64,000 nucleotides of DNA from Sminthopsis crassicaudata. Lineage: Eukaryota. This document shows positions 35,843-49,677 of the stretch, piece after piece (positions within the stretch are counted from its first letter, which is position 1; each line of letters begins with the position of its first letter). Location of the stretch: assembly GCF_048593235.1 (NCBI RefSeq), contig NC_133617.1, positions 526,422,958 to 526,486,957 on the forward strand. The letters run 5' to 3'. Made by a program: the position numbers and the translations under genes. Under the pieces are notes generated by a model. The model had not been told where the DNA came from. It saw only the letters and a list, made by a program, of their open reading frames with translations, and searched no databases.

Positions 35843-37791
35843 TCTTTTTTTTTTTTTTAATTTTATAATTATAAAAATTTTTTTGACAGTACATATGCAT
35901 GAGTAATTTTTTTTTTATAACATTATCCCTTGTATTTATTTTTCCAAATTATCCCCTCCCTCCTTCTACTCCCTCCCCTAGATGACAGGCAATCCCATAC
36001 ATATTAAATGTGTTACAGTATAACCTAGATACAATATATATGTGTAAATCCAATTTTCTGTTACACATTAAGAATTGGATTCAGAAGGTATAAGTAACCT
36101 GGGTAGAAAGACAGTAGTGCTAATAGTTTACACTCAATTCCCAGTGTTCCTTCTCTGGGTGTAGCTGTTTCTGTCCATCATTGATCAACTGGAAGTGAGT
36201 TGGATCTTCTTTATGTTGAAGATATCCACTTCCATCAGAATATATCATCATATAGTATTGTTGTTGAAGTGTACAGTGATCTTCTGGTTCTGCTCATTTC
36301 ACTCAGCATCAGTTCATGTAAGTCTCTCCAGGCCTCTCTGTATTCATCCTGCTGGTCATTTCTTACAGAGCAATAATATTCCATAACCTTCATATACCAT
36401 AATTTACCCAACCATTCTCCAATTGATGGACATCCATTCATTTTCTAGTTTCTAGCCACTACAAAAAGAGCTGCCACAAACATTTTGGCACATACAGGTC
36501 TCTTTCCCCTCTTTAGTATTTCTTTGGGATATAAGCCCAATAGCAGCAATGCTGGATCAAAGGGTAGCACAGTTTGGTAACTTTTTGGGCATAGTTCCAA
36601 ATTGCTCTCCAGAATGGCTGGATTCTTTCACAACTCCACCAACAATGCATCAGTGTCCCAGTTTTCCCACATCCCCTCCAACATTCATCATTATTAGTTC
36701 CTGTCATCTTAGCCAATTTGACAGGTGTGTAGTAGTATCTCACAGTTATCTTAATTTGCATTTCTTTGATCAATAGTGATTTGAAACACACTTCCATATG
36801 AGTGGATATAATTTCAATTTCATCATCTGAAAATTGTTCATATCCTTTGACCATTTATCAATTGGAGAATGGTTTGATTTCTTATAAATTAGAGTCAGTT
36901 CTCTCTATATTTTGGAAATGAGGCCTTTATCAGAACTTTTAACTGTAAAAATATTTTCCCAATTTGTTACTTCCCTTCTAATCTTGTTTGTATTAGTTTT
37001 GTTTGTACAAAAGCTTTTTAATTTGATGTAATCAAAATCTTCTATTTGGTGATCAATAATGATCTCTAGTTCTCCTCTGGTTATAAGTTCCTTCCTCCTC
37101 CACAGGCCTGAGAGGTAGACTATCCTCTGTTCCTCTAATCTATTTATGATCTCATTCTTTATGCCTAAATCATGGACCCATTTTGATCTGATCTTAGTAT
37201 GTGGTGTTAGGTGTGGGTCCATGCCTAATTCCTGCCATACTAATTTCCAGTTTTCCCAACAGTTTTTTTCAAATAATGAATTCTTATCCCAAATGTTGGT
37301 ATCTTTAGGTTGCTATAGTTGTACCCTTTTTTGTCCTGTGTACCTAATCTGTTCCACTGATCGACTAGTTTATTTCTTAGCCAATACCAAATGGTTTTGG
37401 TGACTGCTGCTTTATAATATATCTTTAGATCAGGTACACCTAGACCACCTTCATCTGACTTTTTTTTTTTTCATTAATTCCCTTGAAATTCTTGATCTTT
37501 TATTCTCCCATATGAATTCTGTTGTTATTTTTTCCAGGTCGTTAAAATAATTTCTTGGGAGTCTGATTGGTATAGCACTAAATAAATAGATTACTTTGGG
37601 GAGTATTGTCATCTTTATTATATTTGCTTGGCCTATCCACGAGCACTGAATGTCTTTCCAATTATTTAAATCTGACTTTATTTTTGTGGCAAGTGTTTTG
37701 TAATTTTGCTCATATAATTCCTGACTTTTCTTTGGTAGATGGATTCCCAAATATTTTATACTCTCGACATTTGTTTTGAATGGAATTTCTT
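35843..37791 (-). mobile_element. Younger marsupial L1, ~1.95 kb 3' portion, ORF2 disrupted
   Basis: ORF2 peptides LPKVIYLFSAIPIRLP, MDPHLTPHTKIRSKW, KEMQIKITVRYYYTPV, CWRGCGKTGTLMHCWW; 3' UTR very similar to 29111-29771. Confidence 0.95.
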
Positions 37792-37794
37792 CAA

Positions 37795-38727
37795 AGAGCA
37801 GTTCTTATCAGTTTAGTGTCAGTTATGTTCTTGACTCTATGCTGTTCAATATTTTTATTATTGTAATGTAATGCTTATTAAATTTGAAATTTATATACGT
37901 ACCATTTGTGGATTGGTAACATACATAAGGCGATAAGCTGAGGAGCCAGAAAGATCCCAACAGACCAGAGTGAGCATTAGAATGAATCTAACAAGATGAA
38001 ATTTGATAGGAATAAATGACATTTGCATACAAAACATGGTTGTATACCTGTTCTCCCTGGAGCGTGGGGGTGAGGGAAGGTACAGAATCCTATGAGTTTT
38101 CGTAAGGAGAAGCTCAGTATGAATCAGAAGTATGATATAGCAATCAGAAAATCTAATATGATATTGAACTCTTAATAAGAGTAAGCGACACACAGCTTCC
38201 AAAAATAGAGTAGTGGTAGTTGCACTGTACTTTGTCCTTGCTAGACCTCATATGGAGCATCTTATTTGCTTTTGAGGTACAATTGTTGTAGAGGATGTTG
38301 ATAAACAGGAAAGTATCCAGAGAAGGACATTCTGGATTGGGAAGGCCATATGACATAAAACCTGGTAAAGAGAATTGGATGTATTTAGCCAAAAGAAGAT
38401 AAGACTCAGTGAACATTGATAGCTCTCTCTTCATTTTGAAGGACTGTCACGTGGAAGAATAAGAGTTGTTCTGTTTGACAAATAGGAAAGAACCAGGGGC
38501 AATGGATGCTAGTTTCAAAGAGTCAAATTTTAATCTTGCTTCAGGAAAAACTTCCAAACAATTAGTATTGTCTTACATTGGAATGGGCTATCAGAAGTAA
38601 AGGCTTTTCTCTTCTTGAGGTCTTTCAGCAGAAGCTCTATGACCATTTGTTGTATGTGTTATGGTGACTATCCCTTATGTGTATAAGTTGTATTAGCCTC
38701 TGATGTCCCTTTCACTTTTGAAATTCT
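37795..38727 (+). mobile_element. CR1/L3 LINE 3' portion
   Basis: GCACTGTACTTTGTCCTTGCTAGACCTCATATGGAGCA, CAGGAAAGTATCCAGAGAAGG, GAAGGACTGTCACGTGGAAGA, and a CR1-type 3' end GTCCCTTTCACTTTTGAAATTCT. Confidence 0.85.
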
Positions 38728-39764
38728 CACAAAATCCGGGGATCGTCACCTTGAGGTGTCTAGAAAAATTAACATTTCCTCACTAGATGGAGGAGGTAGG
38801 TTGACAATGAGCTTTAAAATACATAATAAAAAAACTTTAAAACTGCAAAAATACTTTTGGTAAAAGAAGACATTAATGGGCAGTAGTCAAGGCTAATAAT
38901 AGCTATACATCATTAGATTTGTCAGATGTAACCACAAGTGGTTTACTTGAGAATGGAGTGCATAAAATATGTACAGTCCAAGTATGGAATCAAAAGGCAA
39001 GCCTTCATAGACAACATTCACATGAACTTAGCCAATAATATCGTGATAAAAGTTGATAAAGGCAAAAAGATCATAGAATCATAGATTGAGAGCATGAAAG
39101 GACCTTAGAGGCCTTCTATTTTCCCTTCAAATGTTTAGCCATAAGGAAACTGACAGGGTATAAGAGACAAAGTAATAAAATTTGAGCTTGGATTTTTCTG
39201 ATTATAAATCTGGTGTTCCTGGAACAGGCAGAGTACTTATCCTTGCAAGTACTTGATATGTTAGTTTATAGAAACTGAGTTAATAAAGAGTTTAATAAAG
39301 CAAAACATTTCTGCTTTCTTATGCCTTTTCAAAGGAGGAAGTCATATGTTGTTTGCACAGGTAGGGTTTGGTCCTAAAAACTATCTTCTTGTGGCACATT
39401 CAGTTATTGAATATTTGCTATTTGGAATGATGACCTGGCTATTGTATGTTTAATATCTGATTTTATAGAGTCCATGAGACCTCAAAGGGAATTTAAAATT
39501 AGCTATGCCTTAAATATGAAGATCATTGAGGTTTATACATTCTTTCAAAATTTTATTATTCCCCTCAATCTGGAAAACATTTGTTTAAAAGATAAATAGA
39601 CACTAAGGCCATTTATAACCTTGTTGATTTTCATTTATCTTTGTTAATTGCGAGTAGTATTGTAGATGAGATGAATCATTTATTTGGATTTATATATTAT
39701 GGTACTTATTGTTGTGTGAGTATTGATCTCAGAATTGAAAATACCTACAGTAATAATTTTGGAC

Positions 39765-40010
39765 AGCTAGGTAGCACAATGGTTAGATTTGTAAACCTGA
39801 AGTCAGGCAGACTTATCTTGAGTTCAAATCCAGTCTCAGCTACTGACTAGCTGTGTAACCCTGGATATCACTTAATCCTTTTTTGCCTCAGTTTCTTCAA
39901 ATGTAAAATAAGTTGCAAACCACTCTAATTTCTTTGCCAAGACTACCCCAACTGGGGTCACGAAGAGTCAAACTGAACTGAACTAAAATGACTACAACAG
40001 CAATAACAAA
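39765..40010 (+). mobile_element. MAR1-type SINE
   Basis: GGACAGCTAGGTAGCACAATGG...GCCTCAGTTTCTTC...GCAAACCACTCTAA...GGGGTCACGAAGAGTCA. Confidence 0.85.
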
Positions 40011-41738
40011 AGTAATGATGGCACACTGTTGCCTAGGTAACCTTTTCTAAATCTTTCCTTATTCAAAGAAGGCAATCATGTTTTTTTTGGTTTAAAATAT
40101 TACTTCCAAGGGTATAAAATATTATTAAATTAAAGATAATGTTGCTAATAATTAGCCAGATTGACAAATTATCTTAAACATTTCTGGTTGAAATTTCATT
40201 GAAAACTTGATGGCACTTAAGAAACATTTGTTATTAAATAGATTAGTAGAAAAACCTTGCTTATAGTTAGCTTTCTTATTCAGAATATGGTAGATATTAT
40301 TAATTTCTTATTCTAAGAATTTTTGTGCTTCTCAACATACAAAGTAATCAATACTTGAAAACCCAGAGACCTGGATTCTAGAATTTTGCCCCAACTAATT
40401 GTTTAACCTTGAGCCAATAACTTCTCTAGAAGGAGTTGCAATAGAGAGATGATCTCCTGGTTCAAAATTTATATGAATGATAATTGATTGAATGATTGAT
40501 TACATTTGTAAAATGCAATTAAAAATTTAAATAGAGTGGCACTGTATTTATTCACCCTTAGAATTTCTATATCCAGTTTGGGTATAAAAGCCTAGAAAAA
40601 CCAGTTGAAAATTAAAGATAAGTTATTTTGCATAAAATCACCTTAAAAGCTTTTACATGAGTAAACAGTATTTGGCATGAGTTTTATCCAATGTTTACAA
40701 ATTTTAGCTTACAAGATGCCTTTCTACTAAAGATATTTTATGCAGAATCATCTGTTTTATTTGTTTCTTAAAAAAAGAGAAAATATATTTGAAATTAATT
40801 GGCCTATATACCTGGTAGTGTTCTGAAGTTTAGTTCTGCAATAATTTAGCATAAAATTAAATATAGTCATTATCATAATTTAATTAGATATGTTTATGAT
40901 ATGAATTGATTCCAAACAGAACTTTATTCAGATAATCTTGCGATTGTCCTTTTGTTCCTAATTTAAAAATATACTTCTAAAAATATTGAATGTGAAGGAA
41001 TTACTACATGTATCATTTTCTTGGGGGAAGAGTTTCATAGTGATATTGTTGAATTTCAAAATAATTTATTAGAATTCAGTGTTTTGAAATGATTTTGTTT
41101 CTATTTTGTAATTTCAGTTATTTAAAAATAAACGTTTTAATAGTATTAATAGAATTTAATAGATTTCAATTGTACATATTTCTATATTATATTATTTAGA
41201 TACATACATGAGTCATATTAGCAAGAGATAACCAACCTTTCCCTACTAAAATCCATTTTTTTTTTTTTATGTCTCATTTATAACCTGCCGAAGTTTTGCT
41301 TTTGTGAGTTGATATGATAATACTGTACAACATGCCTTTGGGAGGGGGGATTTCAGCTGGAAATAATATTGAAGATGATACAAAATCTGTAGCATTATTC
41401 TTTGCTCACATAAGACATGAAACAGTTCTTTTTTTTTTTTTTTTTGTTCCCTTTATAGGTATTAAGGAGTGGAAACACCAGTGTCTTTGTGTTGCTAATA
41501 TTGTGATCAGAGTAGTTGAAGCAAGTGTTTATTTTTTGAGATAATCTTTGAAAATAGGATATGGGGAAAAAAGCAAAAAAAAACAAAACAAAACAACAAC
41601 AACAACAACAAACTTCTGCAGCTAAAAGCTTTTCCATGTTCTATTTAATTTTAATAGCATTGATATTCTGCTTGCTTTATGAAACCTTTTATTACAAACA
41701 GTTATGAATATGAACATCTCATTTGACTGCTGATGAAC

Positions 41739-42094
41739 NNNNNNNNNNNNNNNNNNNNNNNNNNNNNNNNNNNNNNNNNNNNNNNNNNNNNNNNNNNNNN
41801 NNNNNNNNNNNNNNNNNNNNNNNNNNNNNNNNNNNNNNNNNNNNNNNNNNNNNNNNNNNNNNNNNNNNNNNNNNNNNNNNNNNNNNNNNNNNNNNNNNNN
41901 NNNNNNNNNNNNNNNNNNNNNNNNNNNNNNNNNNNNNNNNNNNNNNNNNNNNNNNNNNNNNNNNNNNNNNNNNNNNNNNNNNNNNNNNNNNNNNNNNNNN
42001 NNNNNNNNNNNNNNNNNNNNNNNNNNNNNNNNNNNNNNNNNNNNNNNNNNNNNNNNNNNNNNNNNNNNNNNNNNNNNNNNNNNNNNNNNNNNNN
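41739..42094. other. Assembly gap (356 N)
   Basis: Run of n. Confidence 1.
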
Positions 42095-43237
42095 AAAATT
42101 ATCTTTATCCAGATAGCACAGCTCCCTAAGGAACATGGTTATAAAATGAATCTGAAGTCGCAACTTAATAGGTTATTAAAATTGTTTGAGTGCAGGCTCT
42201 TCTGCTTTAGTCTTTCCATAAATTTAAATTGAAGATCTGCTGTATTCAAAAAGGAGCAGCTTGTTTATGGGACCAAAGGGAGCAACATAACGTTACTAAC
42301 AAAAGACACACTTAACCTCGTTCTAAATCCTGCATCTCTATTTCTCTGAATGAATCTGAAGTGTTTCAGAAAGTAGCCTGAAAAATGCTAACTCTCTTAA
42401 TTAATACCTAAATGGAAGCACCACATTTTGCTTGTATGACATAAGATTAAAGTTAAAGTTAAAAGCATTAATGTGTAAAGGCTTTTCTAAATATATATTA
42501 TACAATTAGTAACCTGATACCATAGAATGACATGTATGTTTTGCATTTTAGTTTTATGTCTAAGTGAATAGTGGAAGAGAAATAAATGCCTTGGTCAGTA
42601 TGGCTGTATTTTTATGGTCACAGCTGGAATTTATGTAGGAATTGTTCAATAAATCATTATTCACAGCTAAAGGATTAGCAATAATCCTTTTGCTACACTC
42701 CCACACCAGCAACAAAGTAGTGACTCAGAGGAGAATTACTTGATCATAGAGACTTTAACTGTTCCTGACACTCAAAACTCCTGTCTTTTCCTCCAAGGTA
42801 ATGTTTTATATTCTTTCTTTTTTAACATTGTGTTCGGTTATGTTCCTCTAATTCCCATTCTGAACTATTAAGCTACAGAGCATTTGTTAATACATTGATT
42901 TTATTCCTGACCTGTAGATCTATCTGTGAACATGAAAGCAAGTAACAAAGTCTGTTTCTTACATCTGAGAGATGTCAACATATCAGTTTCCTCCCTCCCT
43001 CCTTTTAGCCTGATTAAGAATGTATAAACATATTTTATTTTGTTCCAAATAGAAAAACATATTTGATGTTAGAGTTCAACAGTAATGAGGGGAGTGATAC
43101 CCACAGCAGCATCTAGATGAGAAGCTATTAAGGCAGCTCACCAAACTATCAAGACCCATAAAGAATTGCAGAACGCATGTCTTGTTTGTACATGCAGAGA
43201 TCATCTACCTTGGTTTAATCATGGATAATTCCTTTAT

Positions 43238-43268
<31 letters not shown>

Positions 43269-43961
43269 GGAATGGGTGTTTGAGCTCAAATATAGGTTCA
43301 AATATAAGAATTGGTAGATTCACCTAGGAAGCTTAAACTGTAACTGTAGTACATTAGGACAAAGTAATACACTGATTATCATTTAAGGGAACTGAAGTTT
43401 CTTTTTATTTCTGATAACTAAAATTATTAGAGAAACACTGATGCAAAGCTTGAATTATTAGTACTCTTAGGCAATACACATATTTGGTGTTTTCCTATTT
43501 TCCATATCCATTTCTTTTTCTTTTTATTTTTTTTTTATTTTTTTTTTTTTTTTGGTAATGAGTTTTACCATGGCATTCGAAGTGTGCAGTCAAGAAAATG
43601 TTGAGAAAGACAAGGAGTTACATTGACTAGCATGGTTCAACTATCACACTGACGTAAGCAGAAACTCTTTTTTGAAGGGAAGAGATAAAGATTTATTAAA
43701 TTAAAAGACTAAATATGATGATGAAATAAAAATAAATTAAAAGGCTGTCTCTTGGAAATCTAACAATCTGAAGCTAAGTTGTCTTTCAGTATTCTTGTAT
43801 TTTTTTTTTTTCTGTTTGTATAAAAAAAAAACTCTGACAAAAAACCCCAACATATTATTAAGATTATTAGTGTTCTTGAATTTGTCTGGTACTCAACCTT
43901 CCTCTTTTGTAAAAAACAAAAAACAAACTTGTCACTAGGTGTTCTTGAAAGTTCCTTTCTG

Positions 43962-44264
43962 AAACTGGGAAGTGAATGTAAATTGTTAGCACTACTGTCT
44001 ATCTACCCAGGTTACTTATACATTCGGAATCTAATACTTAACGTGCAACAAGAAAATGGGATTTACACACATATATTGTATCTAGGTTATATTGTAACAC
44101 ATGTAAAATGTATGAGATTGCCTGTCATCAAAGGAAGGGGACTAGAGGGAGGCAGGGGATAATTTGGAAAAATGAATACAAGGGATAATATTATAAAAAA
44201 AATTACTCATGCATATATACTGTCAAAAAATTTATAAATAAAATTAAAAAAAAAAAAAGAAAAA
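43962..44264 (+). mobile_element. Younger marsupial L1 3' end, ~300 bp, perfect 15-bp TSD
   Basis: TSD GAAAGTTCCTTTCTG at 43947-43961 and 44265-44279; AATAAA plus A-tail; reverse complement of the 3' UTR seen at 29140-29410. Confidence 0.96.
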
Positions 44265-44769
44265 GAAAGTTCCTTTCTGTTTAAGGTTCCATGATTCTGT
44301 CTTAAAGAGTATTTGTTAGACTGTTGTGTTGATTGAAACTTAGTGAAATTTTTTTAACCTATCTGATGAAATGTACAAGGATACTGTTATTTAGAAATCT
44401 AAATACTTTCTCAATTTTCTCTTTCTAAATGATACACTTCTTTTCAATAGAATTTATCCCTGAATATGAGGACCAAACAGAAGTAAATCTCAAAAGTTTT
44501 TAAGCAAGTTTCTCTTAGCTCTCAAATTTTGGATCACTTTGGATCTGTTATTCACAGTAGCAGAATAGATGCAAGTGCAAAAATGCATTTATTTTTATTC
44601 TTACAATGTAAAAAATGGAAACATGATGCATGTTCAGTTTCAAAAGAATCAAATAGTATCCTATCAGGAGTGAGGAGACACCAGAAAATAAGAAATTAAT
44701 GAGCTGATAAAAGCCTAGATTAGAGTGATTATATTTAGAACATGAGAACAATATGAAGAAAGAATCAGT

Positions 44770-47700
44770 GGGACTTCAATGTTGAAGAGAGTTATAGGGG
44801 AGAAAAGGGAAGGATTAAAGTTCTAATCAGTTGTCAAATCTTATTTCTTTTTCCACAGTATCTCTGAGATAAGTTGTCTTCTCTCCATTCACATAGCTAC
44901 AATCCTAATTTAGGCCTTTATTACTTTCACATGGACTATTGTACATCCTCATAATTGGTCTTTCCTGGCTCAGGTCTCTTCTCACTACAGTCCATCTTCT
45001 ACACAATGGCCAGAGTAATTTTCCTTCAAAATAGATCTGAGATTTCAAACTTGGACCCACTAAATGGTGCATAAGGATCCCTTCAGGAGTCATCTCCACC
45101 TTTTGGAATCCTTGACTTCCCTTAAGACCAAGGGCTTTCCCAGGTCCCTTGCTATTTTAGTCATTGTACATATTCCTATTTATGTACCTACTGTTTCCCC
45201 TATTAGAGCATAAACTCCATGAAACTGGGATTGTTTTTATCTTATTTATCATCCCAGTGCTTGACACATATTCTTGGCATATAGGCCTAGAGTAGCCAAA
45301 ATAGAGAGATTAGGAAGGCAGGCTGGGTGGAAATTTTTGATAATTTTTTTTTTTTTTTGTAACAGGAATGGATAGGTGTAGAGAACATGATGAATCATTT
45401 TTTAAACTTAAAGAGCTGAGATGCAACAATTAATTTAACAAGTAAACTATTTGAAAATGTAGGACTGAAGAGATCAAGGTTGGAAATATTAATTTAGGTG
45501 TCTTCCACCTTCATGTGATACTTGATACTGTTAAGGTAGATGAAATAATTAAGGAATAGAATATGTAGAGAGACAACAGAAAAGAGCATAGGACTGTATA
45601 TTAGACAAAGAAGTTAAAAGAATTAATGAAAGAGACAGAAAATGCTCTGAAAACTTGGAGCATAAGATAGTTTTGTTTTTTTAAATAAATGTTTGTTTAC
45701 TTGAACTGTTGATTATAGGATAAAGAACTGCCACAAAAGTGAACTAAGAAAAGAGATTCATAAGATAGAAATAGTATCCAATGTTATAGAGAAGTAATAG
45801 AACAAAAAAAAAAAAAACAAAATTTGAGAATTATTATAATTTTAGAGAGAGAAGTGTCACTTAATAGAGTGATAAGGCAGAATAGACTTAAGGAACATTA
45901 AGTAACTGCACTGTGGTAGTGGTAGAAATAGAGAATAAGGGGGAGAATCTGGAGGGTTTGAGGAAAAGGTAATAGTATTTGTTGAAAGAAAGGAAAAATA
46001 CCCAGCAGGAACCTTATAAATCATCTTTAAGACTAAAAGCATAATAGTAGAAATCTAGAATTAAATAGGAGATTATTACTCTTTTAAAATAATGTATTAT
46101 GAAACCATATAAATGGAAGCCTCAAGTCTTCGGAAAAATAGGAGATAGAGATGTGTATTGATGCATTTATTTTGTATGTTCTTATATATGTGCATGTTTT
46201 TCTCAATTGTCAATATTCTTTTAACGTCAGACAGCTTTGAGATTTTGCCTGATAGAGGTCCTCTCCTTGGAAAATTGGAGCAAGGCAGGAAGGAGCCCTG
46301 GACTTTGTCTGGCTTCATTATCCTGTTTTAGAGAGCTGGCAGTCATGATTGGGAGATTGAGACTTTTAGTCAATATATATTCCTACTGATTAAGAAATCC
46401 TTTCAAAATATAGAATACCATGTGGTAGGTAGGTTAAACCATCTTGGTTGGTCACCTAAGATTTATTATAAATTAATTTAACTTTGTTATTTAATATGTT
46501 AGGTAAGATGTGGATAGGAGTTTTGACTAGGCATTGAAATGAAGAGAAGTTAAAGATAAAATTTTACAGAATTGATCACAATAGGGGAGGTTGTATGTGA
46601 AACCTTTGAAAGTGAAAGTACCATGAAACTAGGCATGAGGATGAACATGTACTCAAGACAAATGAATAATGTAGAAAAGAAATAGAATGCTATAGATACA
46701 TTTTATTTTCTTTGAAATTTTGTAATTTTGTTTGGAGCATGAAGCCATGCTTCAAGCTTTTCATGCTGTTGATACCTATTGTTCCAGGTAAAGTTCACCA
46801 CAGAGGGGAGAGCCTGGAAACCAGGAATCCAATTAGAAGGCCTTTATAGTAGTCCTGGTGAGAGATATGAGGGCCTGAAGTAGAAAGATTACTATAAGTG
46901 AAGGAAAAAAGGATAAATGTTAGAGTTACTCTAACATTTATGGGCAAATTAAATATGCTTGGCAACTAATTGGGAATGAATAGAGAAGAGGAGAGGGGTC
47001 AATGGGGGGACCTAAATTGAGAGCTTGGGTGAATAGAAGAACAGTGGTGTTTTCAACAAAATAAAAAAGAAGTTTGGCTTAACATCCACATTTCCCCTTC
47101 ATTGTGGTTGTTCCCTCATGTACCCTCTTTTCTCTCTACCCTCTTATTCTTGAGTAACCTCATTAATGCTTATCAATTTAATTGTTATATCTGTTAGATG
47201 ACTTTCTAACTAACCTATGTATCTAGCAACAGTTTCTTTCTGGAGCTTCAGAAAACTTCATTGTCAATGTCCTATTTGATATTTCACACCTCAAACTCAA
47301 TATGCTCAGAACAGAATTTATTTTTTCTCTTCTGAACCCATTTCTCCTTCACACCTCATTTTTCTGGTAAAAGGAAGCACTATTCTTTGAACTTTTCAGT
47401 TTTGTAATCTCAGCATTGTTCTAATCCCCACTCTTGCTCACTCATTGTTTCAATCAGTTGCCAAATTTTCATCTTTTCTACCTCCACAGTATCCTTCATA
47501 TCTGACCCCTTCTCTCTATTCACAATCATCTTCTTTACTTCAAGCCTTTATCAACTTTTGCCTAGGTTTTTACACTACCTGTTAATTGTTCTTTTTGCCT
47601 CAGGTCTTTCCCCAGTCTAATTTATCCTTTACACAGCTGCAAAAATTATTTTCCTTAGGCATAGATTAGATCATGTTACTTCTCTACTCAGTAAATTCTA

Positions 47701-48500
47701 GTGGCTCTCTGTTGACTGTAGAACAAAATAGATGCCTGTTGGGCTCTTTAATATGTGTCCCAAATTTATTTTTTTTAGCCTTAGTAGATATTACTCCTTT
47801 CCTTTCTATGAGATTTAGCCAAACTGGCATTTTCTCTGTTCATTCATATCATTCCATCTCCCATTTCTATATCTTCATGCTTGATCAGACTATCCCCACT
47901 AGCTTTCGTCCTGTATGTTTCTTTTCCTTCATGCCTAAAACTCTTACAAAAGCTGTCTCCACTTGGTACTTGTACTTCTTTTGTAACTTCCATAATCTTG
48001 CTTTTTTAGTATTCAAATGAAACTCCTTTCTTACAAGTTAGTAGTGTTTTTTGTTGTTTTTTTTTTTTTAATGACCAATCTAATTTTTCTCAGTCTTCTT
48101 TCTTCATGACTTATCTATAACATTTGACATTGTTGATTTTTCTCTTCTGAATGCTCTCTTTTTTAGGTGTTCTTTTTTGATTGATTGGTTTTTGAACATT
48201 GCTTTCTCCTGGTCCTTCTCCTATCTTCTCATTCTCCTTCTTTGCCAAATCTTCTTCTAGATCATATCACTGACTGTGGGATCTTCCCTGAGTTGTCTGT
48301 ACTTATGTTCTGTTTATAATATATATGTAGATATTTGTGATTTCATCATCTCTTGTGAATTTAATTATGATTTTTATTCATATAATTTATGGACTTTGTA
48401 TGTCCAGCTCTATCCAGAAGTAGAGATCTTTGGCTCTTTATTTATAGCATATCCCCAACAATAGTTGTCTCCCAACCTCTTTTCTTTTTTACTTTGTTCT
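44770..48500. mobile_element. Cluster of L2 fragments in both orientations
   Basis: L2 motifs at ~44780-45290 (+), ~45290-46050 (-), ~46700-47060 (-) and ~47090-48500 (+), e.g. GATCATGTTACTTCTCTACTCAGTAAATTCTAGTGGCTC. Confidence 0.7.
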
Positions 48501-48509
48501 GTCTTGCTT

Positions 48510-48735
48510 GGAGTAGCTAGGTGACACAGTATATAATGCCAGACTTGGAGTCAAGAAGACCAGAGTTCAATTCCAACTTCAGACATTAACTGTGTGATCC
48601 TGGGCAAGTCACTTAATCTTTCAGTTTCCTCATCTGAAAAATGAGTTGGAGAAGGAATGGCAAAGTACTCCAATGTCTTTTCCAAGGAAACTCTGAATGG
48701 AGGTAATGAAGAGTCATAGATGACTGGAAGACAAC
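48510..48735 (+). mobile_element. MAR1-type SINE
   Basis: GGAGTAGCTAGGTGACACAGT...CTGGGCAAGTCACTTAATC...GGAGAAGGAATGGCAAAGTACTCCA. Confidence 0.85.
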
Positions 48736-49235
48736 AGTCTTGCTCAACAATTAAATTATCTTCTTTATGAAGTCTGTCGTGCCCTAACCTTTTGACTGAG
48801 CTCCAGACTTACATCTCCATATACTTTTTGGGCATCTCAAACTGAATACCCTATAGTCATTCAAAACAACTCATTCTTTCCCCTTGCAAACCTACTTTTT
48901 TTTCATTTGACTGTTGTTAGCTTGAAATTCTTTCTTTGAAACTTGCCTATTTTTAATTGGAAAGTGACTTATTTAAATAGTTTATTCATTACCATATTAA
49001 AATACATGTAGAAAAAAATTCAGAAACATTTGAGAAACAAAAAATTTTTGATTCATCCCTACTGCTTTTGAGTGTCTCTCAATTTATTTTTCTTTTTCTT
49101 TTTTTTCTTAGCATTTAACACCCCCCAAAAAAATGGTTATTTGGAATAGAAACTTACAGTCACTGAAAGCATGATACTGGATTTCCTTCTTTCCTACATT
49201 TTATTTCTGTGATGACCATATTTTTCTTCTGCAGT

Positions 49236-49677
49236 TGATGAGGTCCTGAGTAACTTGGCTATGGTTGGCAGAGAGGAATTGGAGTGTTGATGAAAAATTG
49301 TTTCCTGGGACAGGCAGGGAAAAGCACTGATAAGGATCAGTGTAGCCTCATAGTACCACAGCCTCATAGAATATTGTCTTTTTCCTGGTTAATTGTGAGT
49401 TCCACTAGGGTAGTTGCTTTTCCATCATTGTTAAAAACCCCTTTCCTTGCTAATTGTATGTTCTTCCAATTCTATTTCTTATTTATCATTCCTGGTGTTT
49501 ATTGTCTCCCTCCATTTTGTCTATAGTCTCGTCTAAATAAACCTACCTTTTGCCAAAGAGAATGGCCATTGTGAATTCTTCACAGGACCAAACCCCAACA
49601 TTTGGTGCCACAATCTCATTATTTGGTGCTGGACCCCAAATACATCATTTGGAGCCAGAAATTGCTGTCCTACATCA
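49236..49677 (+). mobile_element. ERV solo LTR, ~440 bp
   Basis: Inverted termini TGATG...CATCA, AATAAA at ~49536, approximate flanking duplication TGCAG/TGTAG, repeated TTTGGTGC units near the 3' end. Confidence 0.75.

Noticed and set aside
41702-42232. Long ORFs in the track here and at 63365-63832
   Set aside because: Artefacts of N runs translated as X.
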